Shown in pieces: positions 27,672 to 43,917 of a stretch of DNA of 64,000 bases (position 1 is its first letter; every line of letters begins with the position of its first letter). The stretch lies in assembly GCF_009914755.1 (NCBI RefSeq), contig NC_060941.1. One strand, written 5' to 3'. The DNA is from the human T2T-CHM13v2.0 reference genome, Homo sapiens. The translations under genes were made by a program, and so were the position numbers. The notes below the pieces were generated by a model. It did not search any database. It was given only the letters and a program-made list of their open reading frames with translations, and was not told the DNA's origin.

Positions 27672-27996
27672 GTACGATGGTGCCAAAGTGATACTCATTC
27701 AGTAGAAACCATGCTTTCAGTGCCCATGCAACCATTCTGTTTTTCATGTTCAGTGCAGTATTCAATACATTACATGAGATATTACATACTTTATTATAAA
27801 ATAGGCTTCGTGTTAGATGATTTTGTCTAACTGTAGGCTAATGTCAGTGTTCTGAGCACATTTGAAGTAGGCTAGGGGTGTTTGGTAGATTAGGTGCAAT
27901 AAATGCATTTCCTACTTACGATATTTTCAACCTAAGATTGAAGCTTACCTAAGATTTATCAAGATGTAGCCCCATCATAAGGTGAGGAGCATCTGT
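27672..27996 (-). mobile_element. MER47A (TcMar-Tigger)
   Basis: Terminal ccccatcataaggtgaggagcatctg and internal ctttattataaaataggct. Confidence 0.75.
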
Positions 27997-28014
27997 ATAT
28001 TTAAAAGTAATTTG

Positions 28015-28236
28015 GGCCGGGCACAGTGGCTCATGCCTGTAATCCCAGCACTTTGGAAGGCTGAGGCGGGCAGATCATGAGGTCAGGAGATCGAGACCAT
28101 CCTGGCTAACATGGTGAAACCTCATTTCTACTAAAAATACAAAAATTAGCCTGGTGTGGTGGCATGCGCCTGTAGTTGCAGCTACTTGGGAGGCTGAGGT
28201 GGGAGAATCGCTTGAACCCGGGAAGTGGAGGTTGAG
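28015..28236 (+). mobile_element. AluSc-like, 3'-truncated, followed by an L1MA-type 3' end (~28290-28530)
   Basis: Alu consensus ends at ggaggttgag with no tail. Confidence 0.85.
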
Positions 28237-29456
28237 CCCAGTCTCCTGCTTCAGCACGTGGAAGTCTCATACCCTCCTCGCCAGAGCAGACTATAAGCCA
28301 AGCACAGAAAGACAAGCACTGTATGATTTCATGGATATGTGGGATCTAAAAAAATTGATCTCATACTAACAGAGAGTAGACAAGTGGTTACTGCGCACTA
28401 GGGCTGGGGTTGGGTAGGGAAGAACGCAGAGAAGGGAGAGGTTGATCAAAGGGTACGATGTTTCATTTACACTAGAGACATAAGTTTTAGTGATCAATTC
28501 CACTGCATGGAAACCACAGCTAATTATAATGTATCTGTTTCTGTTCTTTATTCTGGTTATTTGATCTGATTGTCTATTTCTGCATCATAGCTATGTTATC
28601 TTAACAAATATCTGTATAGTATGTTTTGCTGCCTATAGAGCAAGACCTTATTCATTGTACTTCTTTTTCAAAAATTTGTCAGCCATTTTTGGGCATTGCT
28701 TTTTTCCATATGGATTTTAGAATCAGCTCATTAAGTTAAAAATCTCTTGTCTGAGTTTTAATTGTGGCCATTTTATATTTATATATCAATATAAAGAGAA
28801 TTACTGTACTTTCAAACTTGAGCCTTCCCCAGTGGAATATTATCATCTAAGTTTTTTTTTTTTGGTGCTCTTCTGTGAAGTTTTATACATTTTTTCATAT
28901 ATATTTTATTAGGTTTGTCTGAGTATTTTATAGTTTCTGTTGCAATTGTGAATAGCAACTATTTTTCCATTAGATTTTCTAATTGGTTATTGCTGGTGAA
29001 TAGAAAAGCTATTGGATTTTGTATGGTGACTTTAAATGTAACTTAACTTGATTTGTTCTAATAGCTTTGTGGTTAATTCTCCTGTATTGTCCAGGCTGAT
29101 AATCATATTGTGTGCAAGTAGCAACAGTTTGGTCTCTCCTTTACCAATATTTGACCTTGTTTTGCTTCATTTCTTTAATGCATTGGCCTCATGCCTCCAC
29201 TCCAGTGTTAAATGGTAGAGGTGATAGTGTTTAAACTTTTATTGAAACTGCTTTTAGTGGGAATGATTTTAATATGCGACCATTAAGAATGATATTTGTG
29301 ATTACCTTGCTATAGTATGAAGGAAGGTTCACCAGGTTGAAAAATTTTTTTTCTATCCTGTCAATCTTTTATTATCGAGATGGTTCAATGTCAGTAAGCA
29401 ACTCAGTGAAAATAAGAGAGGTTTGCCTAAGAGACCAGCTGATAAGCTCAAACCTC

Positions 29457-29817
29457 TGTCTTAGTATTTTTGTGCTGCTATGACAAAATATCTGAGACTG
29501 GATAATTTATAAGGAACATAAATTTATTTCTTATAGTTCTGGAGGTTGGGAAGTCCAAGACCAAGCTGCTGGCATTGACATCTGCTTCCAAGATGGCACC
29601 TTGTTGCTGTGTCCTTACTAGTGGTGGAAGTCAGAAGACCAAGGGAATGTTCTCTTCACCCTTGAGCCATTTTCTAAAAGGCTAATCCCATTTTTGAAAA
29701 TGGAGCCCTTATGTCTCAATTGCCTCCCAAAAGCCACAGGTTTTTACTATACTGTGGCATTGGGGATTCAGTTTCAATATGAATGTTGTAGGGGACAACA
29801 TCGTTCAAATCACAGCA
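29457..29817 (-). mobile_element. MST-type MaLR solo LTR
   Basis: tgtcttagt...ctgagactggataatttataag...ttcaaatcacagca. Confidence 0.8.
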
Positions 29818-30177
29818 CCTTCCCTTCTAGTGGCCATCTAAGCCGTCAGATGAAGCTGGTTACAAAGCTGATTCATTCTTCCTCCTGAGAACAGGGGGAA
29901 AAATTACTCTCTACCACAGCCTTACCTTTTGCAAAAGGAAACCTCTTCATAACTGCCAAGGTTTTGTGTTTTTAGTGAGAAAGTGTGTTGTGTTTTATCA
30001 AATTTCTCTTCAATACCCATTGAAATGATCAGAATGCTTATTCCCTTAATTTGTTAATGTAAAAAATTACATTAATACATTTCCCAATGTCAAACCAACC
30101 TTTAATTCCTAAAACAAATTAAACTTGAGTATATTGTATTATTCTTTTAATACACTAAAGAATTTGATGTATATATA

Positions 30178-30330
30178 CATTTAGAGACAGTATCTTGCTC
30201 TGTCACCCAGGCTGGAGTGCAGTGGCATAATCATAGTTCACTGCAGCCTCGCACTCCTGGGTCCAAGTGATCCTCCTGCTTTGGCCTCCCAAAGTGCAGA
30301 GATTATAGGTGTGAGCCACCATGCCTGGCC
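30178..30330 (-). mobile_element. FLAM/Alu monomer
   Basis: Single Alu arm. Confidence 0.75.
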
Positions 30331-30554
30331 TTTCACCTCTCATTTTTATTAATGAGGTTGGCTCTTAGGTGTTTGCTTGCTTTTTTATGCCATTCTGGGT
30401 TTGGTACCAGGTCATGGTACTTCATAGAATTAATGTGAAACATGTTCATTTCCTATGCTCCTGAATAGTTTCTATATCATGGGAAAAAACTCTTCCTTGA
30501 AGATTTAGTAGAACTTGTTCATGAACTCCCTACAATCATGACCTTGAGCCATAG

Positions 30555-30990
30555 TCCTGTTTGCCATCAGCTTCATTCCCTGCCTTTGCCCTGCTTTGCT
30601 CTGTATCTCAGAGAACTGCATTTTCAGGCTTGTTTACCCTCAGGCTTCCAGGTGGGTTGGCCAATGGGAGGCACTGGCTCAAAAATGGAGGAAAGAAAGT
30701 GGTGAGAAGCAAAGACATTCCCTTCCTGTCCTCCAGCCCCCATTTTAGATAGCTGACAGCACCTGCATTGCTTTTGTGGCTCCAGTCACTGTTCTCAGCC
30801 CCTGCCCCAATGGGCCCAGTTCCCACTGAACTGGTCTCTGATATAAGTGCCTCCACCCTTTGTTCTTACAGCTTTCTACTGTTGCTAAGCAACCCTAATG
30901 GGTTTCTCCGCTCTATGATCACCTATGTAACCAATTCCTGTATTAAACTCCCCTGGTTTGAAATACCTAGCATGATTTCTACGTTCTGAC
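30555..30990 (+). mobile_element. LTR33-type ERVL LTR
   Basis: ggcttccaggtgggttggccaatgggaggcactggc...attaaactccc. Confidence 0.55.
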
Positions 30991-33055
30991 TGGTTCTTGA
31001 TTCATTAAGACCTTGATTTGATACCTCTCCTTTAATCAATTTTGATCATGTACTTTTTCTTAAGGAGTCATCTATTTCTTGCTGAATTTAAAATTTGTTA
31101 GAATAAAGTTGTATATATTATCTTACAATTTTAAGAATCATCTTTACTTTAGTAGTTATGTTCCCATTTCTGTTTCTTAAGTTACTTATTTTTATGTGAA
31201 TGTGTGTTTCATGATCAAAATTGTCAGACATTTGTTTACTCTATTAGTATTTTGCTGGGGACTTTACATAAATCCTTTTCTAAGCTTTACATCAACTTCA
31301 CAAAGAAGGTTTATATTGTGAGAAAAGGGCAGCAGAAAATTACTCCTTTACTTGCCTGAGACCATATGCCTATTAAATTGCAAAACTGGAACTAGAACTC
31401 AGATCTGTCTGAATTCAAAACTCATACTCTCCTCACTTTTTCAGACAGCATGAACACTCTGGGTGAGATTAAAAGGATCATCATAAATAGGCTTGACATT
31501 TTCTACAAAGAACACGAATTTCTTTTGTAACTGGAAAAGAAGTTAATTAAGCTTAAACAAATAATTATAAAAAAATAGCCTTGAAAGGAGAGGATATGTC
31601 ACATCACGGCAACTTAGCCCTTTGAAATCTTTGTGAAAGGCAGGCATATGTCACTAGGTAGCCAGCTGTATCAGTGAATCCTGCTCGACCCTGGGTTTAG
31701 TAGTTGGTTGAGCCCTGGGTCTCCCCTTCCTCACCAGGTTACATCCTCTTTGGAAGCAGAAGTTTCCCCAAAAGGTGAAGGTCATGTTAATTACCCCAAA
31801 GGTGCTTCTCCTGGCACTGTTCACTAAAGTATGCTTTGAAGAAATGGCCACCTTGCCTCACCCATCATGGCACATACGGTTTGGAAATTCACTCTGCTCT
31901 TTCTCCAGGTTGGAAGAGTGACCGGAGGTGCTGAGGTTCTCTGTGGAGACCAGGCTGATCCCTACCGGTGGTGTAGGTTGCTCATTCTCCTTGACTGGGG
32001 CAACCAGAGAAGGATCATTTTCTATTCCTACTTCCTCTCCAGTCCTGAGCTCAGCTTCTGATGGCAGAAGAGCCCTGAAACCTCCTAAAATAGCCTCCTG
32101 CTGGAGAGAGGTAATGCAATGCATACCACAGTATGCATATTGATTTCTATTTTTGGTTCTTATCAAGATTTATTTTGCATCGCTTCAGGTAATAGTGACC
32201 TTGGACTCACCGCCTTCCATATTTGCAGCCTGGGTCAATGAATCTTGGTATTGACCTCAGGAGCCATCAATAGCTGCTTATTGTCGAGATATTTCAATGT
32301 CAATAAGTGGCCCCATGGAAGTGGGAGGGGGGCTGCCCAGCAAACCCAGCAGCTAAAAAACCAATCCCTTTTCTCCCAGTTGTCATCTTGGCACAGAAGG
32401 GGCTGGTTCTAAAATTGATTAACTTTCTTGCAGAGAGTGGGAAAACAAACTCCCAAACATAGCCTGAATCCTGCAAAGGGAACTTTCTCAGAATTACTAT
32501 CCATTACTATGAAAGGAGAGAAACACCCATGTGTGTTCTGTCTCTGTCTTCCCTCCCTCTCTCTCCCTCCCGCGTCTCCCTTCTTCCTGACTTTCCTCCC
32601 CTCCGTGTCACATTCAATCCTATAGGGACATCCACAAGACTTTGGAAAGAGATACCTGGTTACTGGAACAGGTATTAACCCACCCAAGCTTACCTGATTG
32701 AAGATCAGGCAGATTGATCTAGTAAAAAGAGTTTGCCTTGTGGCATCAGACACTCCTAGGAGCAAATCCTGGAGTGTTATGACCGACACGTGTTTTCATC
32801 TGTACTGTGGGCATACTACCTACCTTGATGTGAAGAATGGAGATTCTGTCTGTATGTGACCGGCACCTAGTAGGTGTTTCATAAATCCAAGTTCAGGCTT
32901 TATTATTATGATACTTGCCAAGTTGAGAGGTCAGGACTCTCCACTTGTAGTTTCTGCTCTCACTCCCTCACATTCTCTGCCATATTCATTTATTCCTGCT
33001 TCCCCACTGATAAAAAGATGAAAAAAATGGACATGTGGCTGCGCTGAAATCCTCT

Positions 33056-33427
33056 TGGTATGGTTTGTATGTGTGTCCCCACCCAAATCTCATGAGAAAT
33101 TGTAATCCCCAGTGTTGGAGGAGAAGCCTGGTGGGAAGTGAGTGGATCCTGGGGACAGGTTTTCTTCTTGCTCTTCTCATGATAGTGAGTGATCTGGTTG
33201 TCTAAAAGTGTGTAGCACCCTCTCCTTCGCTCTATTCCTCCTGTTCTGGCCGTGGAAGACGTGCCAGCTTCCACTTTGCCTTCTGCTATGATTGTAGGTC
33301 TCCTGAGGTCTCCCTAGCCATGCCTCCTGTGCAGCCTGCAGAAATGTGAGTCAATTAAACCTCTTTTCTTTATAAATTACCCAGTTTCAGGTAGTTCTTT
33401 AGAGCAACGTGAGAACAGACTAATATC
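33056..33427 (+). mobile_element. MSTA-type solo LTR
   Basis: tggtatggtttg...cccacccaaatctcatg...caattaaacctcttttctttataaattacccag...gactaata. Confidence 0.88.
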
Positions 33428-35327
33428 TCTCTCTTATGATCAAACTGTGTTAATCTGTCTTTACTGGCCATGCTTTCAGCAATTGGCCCACTTATTCATC
33501 CACCTTGGTATGCCTGGCCTGGCTGCATGAAGGCACAGCTGATCTTGGGCACAGTTCTCCAGGCCCAGGGCAGGGGCAGGGGCTGTCTGTGGCCTCTGCT
33601 GGGCAGCATTGTTTCAGCTTCCTTCTGTGTGAGTACTGTGGCTCCCTGTTCCCGTCTGCTTTCTCTCTCTTCCTTTCTTTCTCCGTGGTCACCTCTAAGC
33701 TCCCAGCAGCCCTGGTGATGAATCTCTCCCACCTCTTCTTTCCCTAGGCCCTGCCCTGCTGAGGGTGGCTTGGACTGAGTGCAACTTTGGAGATGATGGA
33801 GAAGGAGAAGGAGAAAGCGAACACCCTACTGTGCCTTGACTCTGCCTTTCGGCCAGAGTGGTGACTTTTCCCGATGGTGATGGAAAGATGCTCACACAGA
33901 GGTGGGTAGAAGATGCCAGGAAAGAGAAGAAACCTGGTGCTCACACGTTGCAAACAGGATTTCACTGAGTGCTCAAAATAATCCTGGGTGGTAGGCATTA
34001 GTATACTCATTTAACAGATAGGAAAACAGAGGCTCAGAGAGTTTAAGAGATGAGATTGGAACTCTGTCTGACTCCAGTCTCATGCATAATTGAACATTTG
34101 TGTTGGAAAGAAGGATTCTGGGGACGGAGGAGACATATGAGGACTTTCAAGCATCTGATTTGGTTAAAGAGTTGTAATAGATGCCCTTGATGTCCTTATC
34201 CTGCCCTGGATCTGAAATTCTAAGAATAGAAACAGAGAGCACCAAACTTGCTCAAGACCATTTCCTGGTACAGCAGCTCAGTTCTCAAAGCCCTGTTTCC
34301 TGTCAGGGGTAGATTTAACCAACCATGGGCCAGCTTTGGGCAGATTTCCAAATCCTCTGCCTAGTGCCACCTCTGGACACTGGCTCTTGGTGCCAAAAAT
34401 GTAACTTCAAAGCAAACACCCCAAACTTAGAATAATCAGGCTGAATTTTAAATTTGCATATGCACATAAACACTTGTCCACTCACTCAGTCCCCTCCCAA
34501 CGAAGCAGAAAGTAAAAGATCACGTGAGCCAGCAGTAACTATGTCTAATGGCGATGAAGCTTCAGGACAGAGGCAGGAGTTTGCTCTTTTATTTATTTAT
34601 TCATGAACGCCACAAACACGTATTGCACGCTTACCATGTGTCAGACAGGGCATGAGGACTTGATCACAAAAGATGGAAATCACGTGTTAATTGTTGAGTA
34701 AGCACATTTTGGTTTAGTGATGAGTGTATTCTGTGGATAATGTATGTATATGTATATAGTACATATATGCACGTGTGTGTGTGCATTTGGGTGCATGTGT
34801 ATATATGTATACAATTTATTAACTACAGGGTTTTTGCTGTCAAGGAACTCAAAGTTCAACAGAGAAGACAGACATGAAAACAATTATGATATTTTGAGAA
34901 AAATAGCTTTAATGTAGGCAGGATCAAAGAACAGAGGAGACTAGTATAAGAAGTGCCCAAGGCTATGGGGAAATTGGGAAAGACTTCAAGGAGGAAGATG
35001 TGGAGGCTGAGGGAGCATCTTCCAGATAGACAAGAGGCTCAGGAGCTGCCCGGGCAGAAGGAACATACATTCACTTAATCACTGCTTATTAGAACATCTG
35101 CTTCTGGTTAGAATGGATTTTTGCTATCAGTTAGGATGCAGAAAATTACAAGAGACCATCACTTTGATTTTCTTTCCCCCAAACAAAAACAAGCTACATA
35201 AGTTACAAAATCACCTCTTTTAAAATCCATCAGAGAGCTGAGGACATAAATTTGCAAGCCCTTCCTAGGACAGAAGAGACTCATGACTGGAGGGTGGTGA
35301 GAGGAGGGGTAAACCCAGCATGGATAG

Positions 35328-35632
<305 letters not shown>

Positions 35633-36070
35633 TAATCAACTTTTAATAGTCATGTAGAGGCCAACATGACAGATTTGTAGCCCGTGGATCCCAGTCACAA
35701 TTCCCACCTTTACCTCCAAATGTATGGCTATGGTGGAGGCAAATCAGGAGAGCTGAGATATGTCCTTGGTGTGTTCCAGGATGTCACCAAGGGCAAGGCA
35801 GATGCCAGCGAGAGGACATGGCCAGAGAAGTGGAATGAAGAGACATCACCCCAGAGGGAAAGCCGAACTCAGTGGACCCAAAAGCCAAAGCAGAGCGCGA
35901 TCAGCTGTGGTTCAGAAGACTTGCTGGAATTCAGATCCCGAATCCTGCTGCAGGGATCCAACCCTCAAAACATTTGAAGTCCATAGTGAACTGGCTGTCA
36001 CTAGAGCTGAGACTCAACTCAACTCAACCACAGAATAAGTTGACTCAGCCTCTCACTTCAGTGAGTAATT

Positions 36071-36462
36071 ATACTTTAGACTATATTACTATATATGTAT
36101 TATATATAATTGTAATATAATTATATAATATATGATATATAATATATAAGAAATAATATATAATATATGATATATAGATTAAGTAATGCATGTATATTAT
36201 ATGCATATTATATGGTGTATATATAGTATATATACATATATACTATATAGTAGAAATTATATAGTATTTATTTATATTATATAGTATATATATTTCTTAC
36301 TTCCTACTTTCTACTTCCTTTTGTGTGAGTATGGTGGCTTTCTATTATATTATATTATATCTTATTATATTATATTATTTCTATTATATTCTATAATAGA
36401 AATATTATATAGTATGTGGTATACTATATGTAATATAGACTCTATTATTAATACTTTAGACT
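36071..36462. repeat. Degenerate (TA)n AT-rich tract flanked by direct repeat ATACTTTAGACT
   Basis: Direct repeats at 36071-36082 and 36451-36462. Confidence 0.8.
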
Positions 36463-36819
36463 CTCCTGTTCATCTATACACAATGTCTGAAATATAATTA
36501 CAAATTACAAAGCACTTGTTGAAGCAAGAAATGTGACCTATAATCAAAAGGGAAAAAAGTCATTAAAGCAGATCCATGGATATTCCAGATGTTACGATAA
36601 GCCAACAAAGATATTAAAGTAACAATTTTAGATATTTTAATGGATTCAGTTTGAGAAGTGAACAACATACGTGAACAGATGGGGAATTTCAGCATCAAAC
36701 TACTGAAAAACTCAGATGGTTATTCTAAAACAGAAAACTACTGTATCATAAATAAAGAATTCACTGAATGGGCTTAATAGCAGACTGGACACCATAGCAG
36801 AAAAGATTGGTGAACTTTA

Positions 36820-37305
<486 letters not shown>

Positions 37306-38421
37306 AATATATTAAAATTGGTTAAGGACATTAACCTATAGATTCAAGAGGTTTAGTAATCTCTAATCAGTGTAAACATGTACAAAACCATACCCACCCA
37401 TATCATAATCAAACTGTTGAAAACCTAAAGAGAAATAAAAACTTTAAAGCCACCAACTAAAATTATATTTTAAGGGGAATAAGAATGAGAATGATGAGTG
37501 ACTCCACACACACACAAAAATTAGAGGCCAGAAGACAATGAATGACATCTTTAAAGTGTGAAAAATAAAAACTGAATTTTCAAAAACTGAATTTTCAATC
37601 TAGGATTTGATGCCCAGTGAAAATATTCTTAAAAAAACAGAGGTGAAACAGAAATGTTTTCAGATGACAAAAGCTGAGAAAATTTTCTCCTGCAGATTTG
37701 GATTACAAAAAATGACAAAAAATGCTAAAAGAAGTTTTTCAGGGTAGAAGGGAAATAATACCAGATGGGAAGAAATGAAGAATAATGCCTGTGGGAAGAA
37801 ATGAAGAGTATCAAAAAGTATAAGCCTGATGATATTAAAAATTATATTTATGTGTTATGTAAATATATTTCTAAACTTCTGTAGAAGACTATTGTCAAAA
37901 GTACAAATTATAACAATGTATTGTGGGGTTTTACCTTATGTAGAAGTAAAATATATAGCAGTGAGGGCACATTATGCAGCGGTAAGAGTTTTACGTTGTT
38001 TGTAAAATAGTGCAACATTATTTACAGACAAACTGTGTTAAGTTGAAGATGCATATTGCACCCTAGAGTAACCATGAAATATTAACACAAAGGTATTACT
38101 GAAAAAAAATCAGTGGAAGAGATGAAATAGAATACTGAAAAATAATTAATCCAAAAAGCTGGCAGGGAGTGGAGAAGAGGGGAACAAAAAATAGGACAAT
38201 GAGAAAGCAAATATTGAAAGTAGACTTAAATTTAACAATATGAATAATTTTTAAAATTATAAATGGACCTAATTCTCAAATTAAAAGACAGAAATTATCA
38301 GAATGGATAAAAGCAAGGTCTGACTACATGCTGTTTCTAAGAAGCATGGTTTATTATTATTTTTTATTTCAATAGCTTTTGGGGTACAAGTGGTTTTTTT
38401 GTTACATAGATAAATTATAGA

Positions 38422-38734
<313 letters not shown>

Positions 38735-38879
38735 TTAGTTCACTGGTCACCCAAGCGGTATACATTGTACATAATGCGTAGTTTTTTCCAATCCCTGGTC
38801 CCCCTTCCATCGTTCCCCTTCTGAGTCTCTTTATAAAGCCTACATACAACTCATATGCCTTCATGTACTCATAGCTTAG

Positions 38880-39304
<425 letters not shown>

Positions 39305-39942
39305 AAATACATTATTTCCATCTATTTAATGGCTGAGTAGTAGTCCATGGTGTATATATACCATTGTTTCCATCCATTTAATGGCTGAGTCCATGGTGTA
39401 TATGTACCATACTTTCTTTATCCACTCATTAGTTGATGGGCACTTAGGTTGGTTCCACATCTTTGCAATCGCAAATTGTGCTGCTATAAACATACATGTG
39501 CAAGTGTCTTTTTCATATAATAACTTCATTTCCTTTGGGTAGATACCTGGTAGTGGGATTGTTGGAACCAATGATAGATCTATTTTTAGCTCTTTAAGGA
39601 ACCTCCACACTGTTTTCTATAGAGGTTGTACTGATTTACATTCCCACCAGCAGTGTATATAAGCGTTCCCTTTTCCCCATAGCCATGCCAACATCCATTG
39701 TTTTTTTACTTTTTAATAATGGCCATTCTTGCAGGAGTAAAGTGGTGTCTCCTTGTGGTTTTAGTTTGTATTTCCCTGATGATTAGTGACGTTGAGCATT
39801 TTTCCATATGTTTGTTGGCCCTTTGTATATCTTAAGAAACATACTTTAATATAAAATCATGAACAAGTTGAAAACAGTAAGAGATATCCCAATGCAAACA
39901 CCAAGTATCAGAAAGCTGTTGTGCCTAGAGATTATCAAAGAA

Positions 39943-40220
<278 letters not shown>

Positions 40221-40809
40221 AGATTATCAAAGTGGACTTCCAAATGAGAAGTATTAGCAGGATTTCGTAACCTTACATTTCATATTAATAATATTAATAA
40301 GGGGTGACTTTGTCAAAACCATCTAAGAGCCTTAAACCTGTGTGTAGCTAATTATAGAACTTAAAAATATGTGCAGCAGAAAATGACAGAAATAAAGAGA
40401 GAAACAGACAAATACACAATCATAGTTGAAGATTTTAGTGCCCCTTAATCATTCATTGCCATGACAAATAGGCAGAACATCAATAAAGGACACATAAGGC
40501 TTAAACGATGTCATTAAACAACTTGATATAGTTGATGTTTATAGAACACAGCTACACTCAACAATTATAGAATGCACATGGTTTTCAAATGTATGTGTAC
40601 GTTCACCGAGACTGACCATGTGCTGGATCAAGAAAAAAAAAATCTCAAAGGTTAAAAAAAGAAATATCACAAATTATGTTCACTAAGTATTATATAATTA
40701 AATCATAAATCCATAACAAAATTCTAGAAAAATCTGCAAATATTTGGAAATTAAGCAATATGTTTTCAAATAAACCACCGGTCAGAGAAAAAAAAAGTAA
40801 TTAGAACAT

Positions 40810-42030
40810 GTTTTATTTATTTATTTTTCTTTTCTTAATTTAATGTTTTATTTATACATAATAGATGTACACATTTTCAGGATGCATGTGATAATTTAAT
40901 AGATTCATGTATCTTGTAAATATCAAATCAGTGTCATTGGAGTATCTATCACCTTAAATATTTGTCTTTTATTTATGCTAGAAACATTTGAATTATTCTC
41001 TTTTAGCTATTTTGAAATATATAACTGACTATTGTAAACTATATTTACCCTGCTGATCTAACAAACCCTAGATCTTACTTCTTTTATCAAACTATATATT
41101 TGTACCCATGAATCAACCTCTCTTCATACCCCATCCTTTCCTTCCCAACCTCTGGGATATCTGAAGAATCATATCAATTATAGAAATTGATTAGATTCAA
41201 TCTACTCTCTATCTTCATGAGATCTAATTTTTAGCTCCCACATATGAGTGAGAATGTTCAATATTTGTCTTTCTGTGTTTTGCTCATTTTGCTTAACCTA
41301 ATGATCTCCATTTCCATCCATGTTGCTGCAAATCATGAGGATTCATTCTTTTTAATGGCTGAATAATATTCTACTGTGTATATATACGTTAAAAAAATCC
41401 ATTCATCCGTTGATGGGCACTTAGGTTGATTCCAAATTTTGACTATTGTGAACAGTACAGCAAAAACATGGGAGTGCAGAATCTCCTTGATATATTGATT
41501 TTCTTTCTTTTGAATTCCAGTAGCGAATTACTGGATGGTATGGTATTTCTATTTTTTGTTTTTGGTAGCACCTCCATACAGTTTTCCACTGTTATGATAA
41601 TTTATGTTCTCACCAACAGTGTATGAGCATTCCCCTTTCTCCTCATTGTTACCAGCATTGGTTACTCCCCATATTTTATATAAAAGCCGTTTTAAATGAG
41701 ATGAGAATATATCTGGTGGTAGTTTTGATTTGCATTTCTCTGATGATTAGTAATGTTGAGCATTTTTTCATATACCTGTTGGCCATTTGTATGTCTTTTT
41801 TTGAGAAATATTAGATTTTTTGCCCATTTTTAAATCAAATTCTTTGGTGTTTTTATCTTTTCTTTTCTTTTCTTTTCACTATTGAGTTATCTGAGCTCCT
41901 TACATATTATGGTTATTAATCTCTTGTCAGATGGATAGTTTGAAAGTTTTTTTTCTACCCTGTGTGCTGTCTCTTCACTTTGTTGATTGTTTCTTTTGCT
42001 GTGCAGAAGCTTTTTAGCTTGATGTAATCC
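40810..42030 (-). mobile_element. L1MA-type 3' fragment (antisense)
   Basis: tttagctcccacatatgagtgagaa...gtgcagaagctttttagcttgatgtaatcc. Confidence 0.8.
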
Positions 42031-42796
42031 CTAGAAAATATTTTAAATTGAATGTAAATGAACACACAATATATCACACGTTGTGAAATGAAGCTATTTG
42101 AGGGTTCTAAGGGAAATTTACAGCTTTAAATGCTCATAATAGAAAGGAAGAATGGTTTAAAATCTACCTGAGGAAGAAAGGAAAAAATGCAAATTAAACC
42201 CAAACTACAAGGTTGGAAATAATAAAAACACAAGCAGAAATCCGTGAAACAGACAATGGAAAAGCGATAGATAAAATCAATAAGGATGACCAAGAAGCAA
42301 AATGTTTGTTCTTTAAAAAGGCTAATAAAATTGATGAAGCCCAGAAAGACTGATTAAAAAAAGAAAGAAAAAACAAATTGTAAATATCAGGCACTAAAGA
42401 GACATCATCACTACAGATCCCATGGACAATAAAGGGATGATAAGGTAATATTATGAAAATTGTATGCCAATACATCTGACAACCTAGGTGAAATGGATGA
42501 ATACCTTGAAAACCACAATTTGTCACAATAAAACAGAAAACCCGAAGAGTCTTACATCAATTATAGAAATTGAATTTAAAAATAAACCCTTCCCCCACAT
42601 AAAGAATAAGAGTTTCAGATAGTTTTACTAGCAAATTCTCTCAAACTTTTAGGGAAGAAAAAAATACCCATCTTACAAGGATGGATCATGAGGGAATTCT
42701 CCCCATCTCAGTTCATGAGGTCAGCATATCCCTGATACCAAAACCTGCAAAGCAATTTCAAACGAGGAGAAAATTATAAACCAACCTCCTTCATGA

Positions 42797-43240
<444 letters not shown>

Positions 43241-43506
43241 TGAACACAAGGTTGATTTAGCATTTAATAATCAACTAATATAATTGATCACATAACAGAA
43301 TGATGAAGGAAAAAACACTTGGTCATCTTAATAGATGCAGGAAAAGCATTTGACAAAACACAACCTCCATTCTCGATTTTAAAAAAAATGCGGCATTTTA
43401 AAGATCAAAACAACACACTTTTTCAATTTAATAAAGGGCATCTATGAAAAACCTGAAGGTAAATCATACTTAATGGTGACATATTATTATGCTTTTATTA
43501 TTATTA

Positions 43507-43917
<411 letters not shown>

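Larger units (their letters stand above)
28550..31250 (-). mobile_element. Old L1 (L1M) ORF2 fragments with nested insertions
   Basis: AT-rich antisense L1-like sequence (tttagaatcagct, gctattggattttgtat, ttgttaatgt). Confidence 0.6.
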
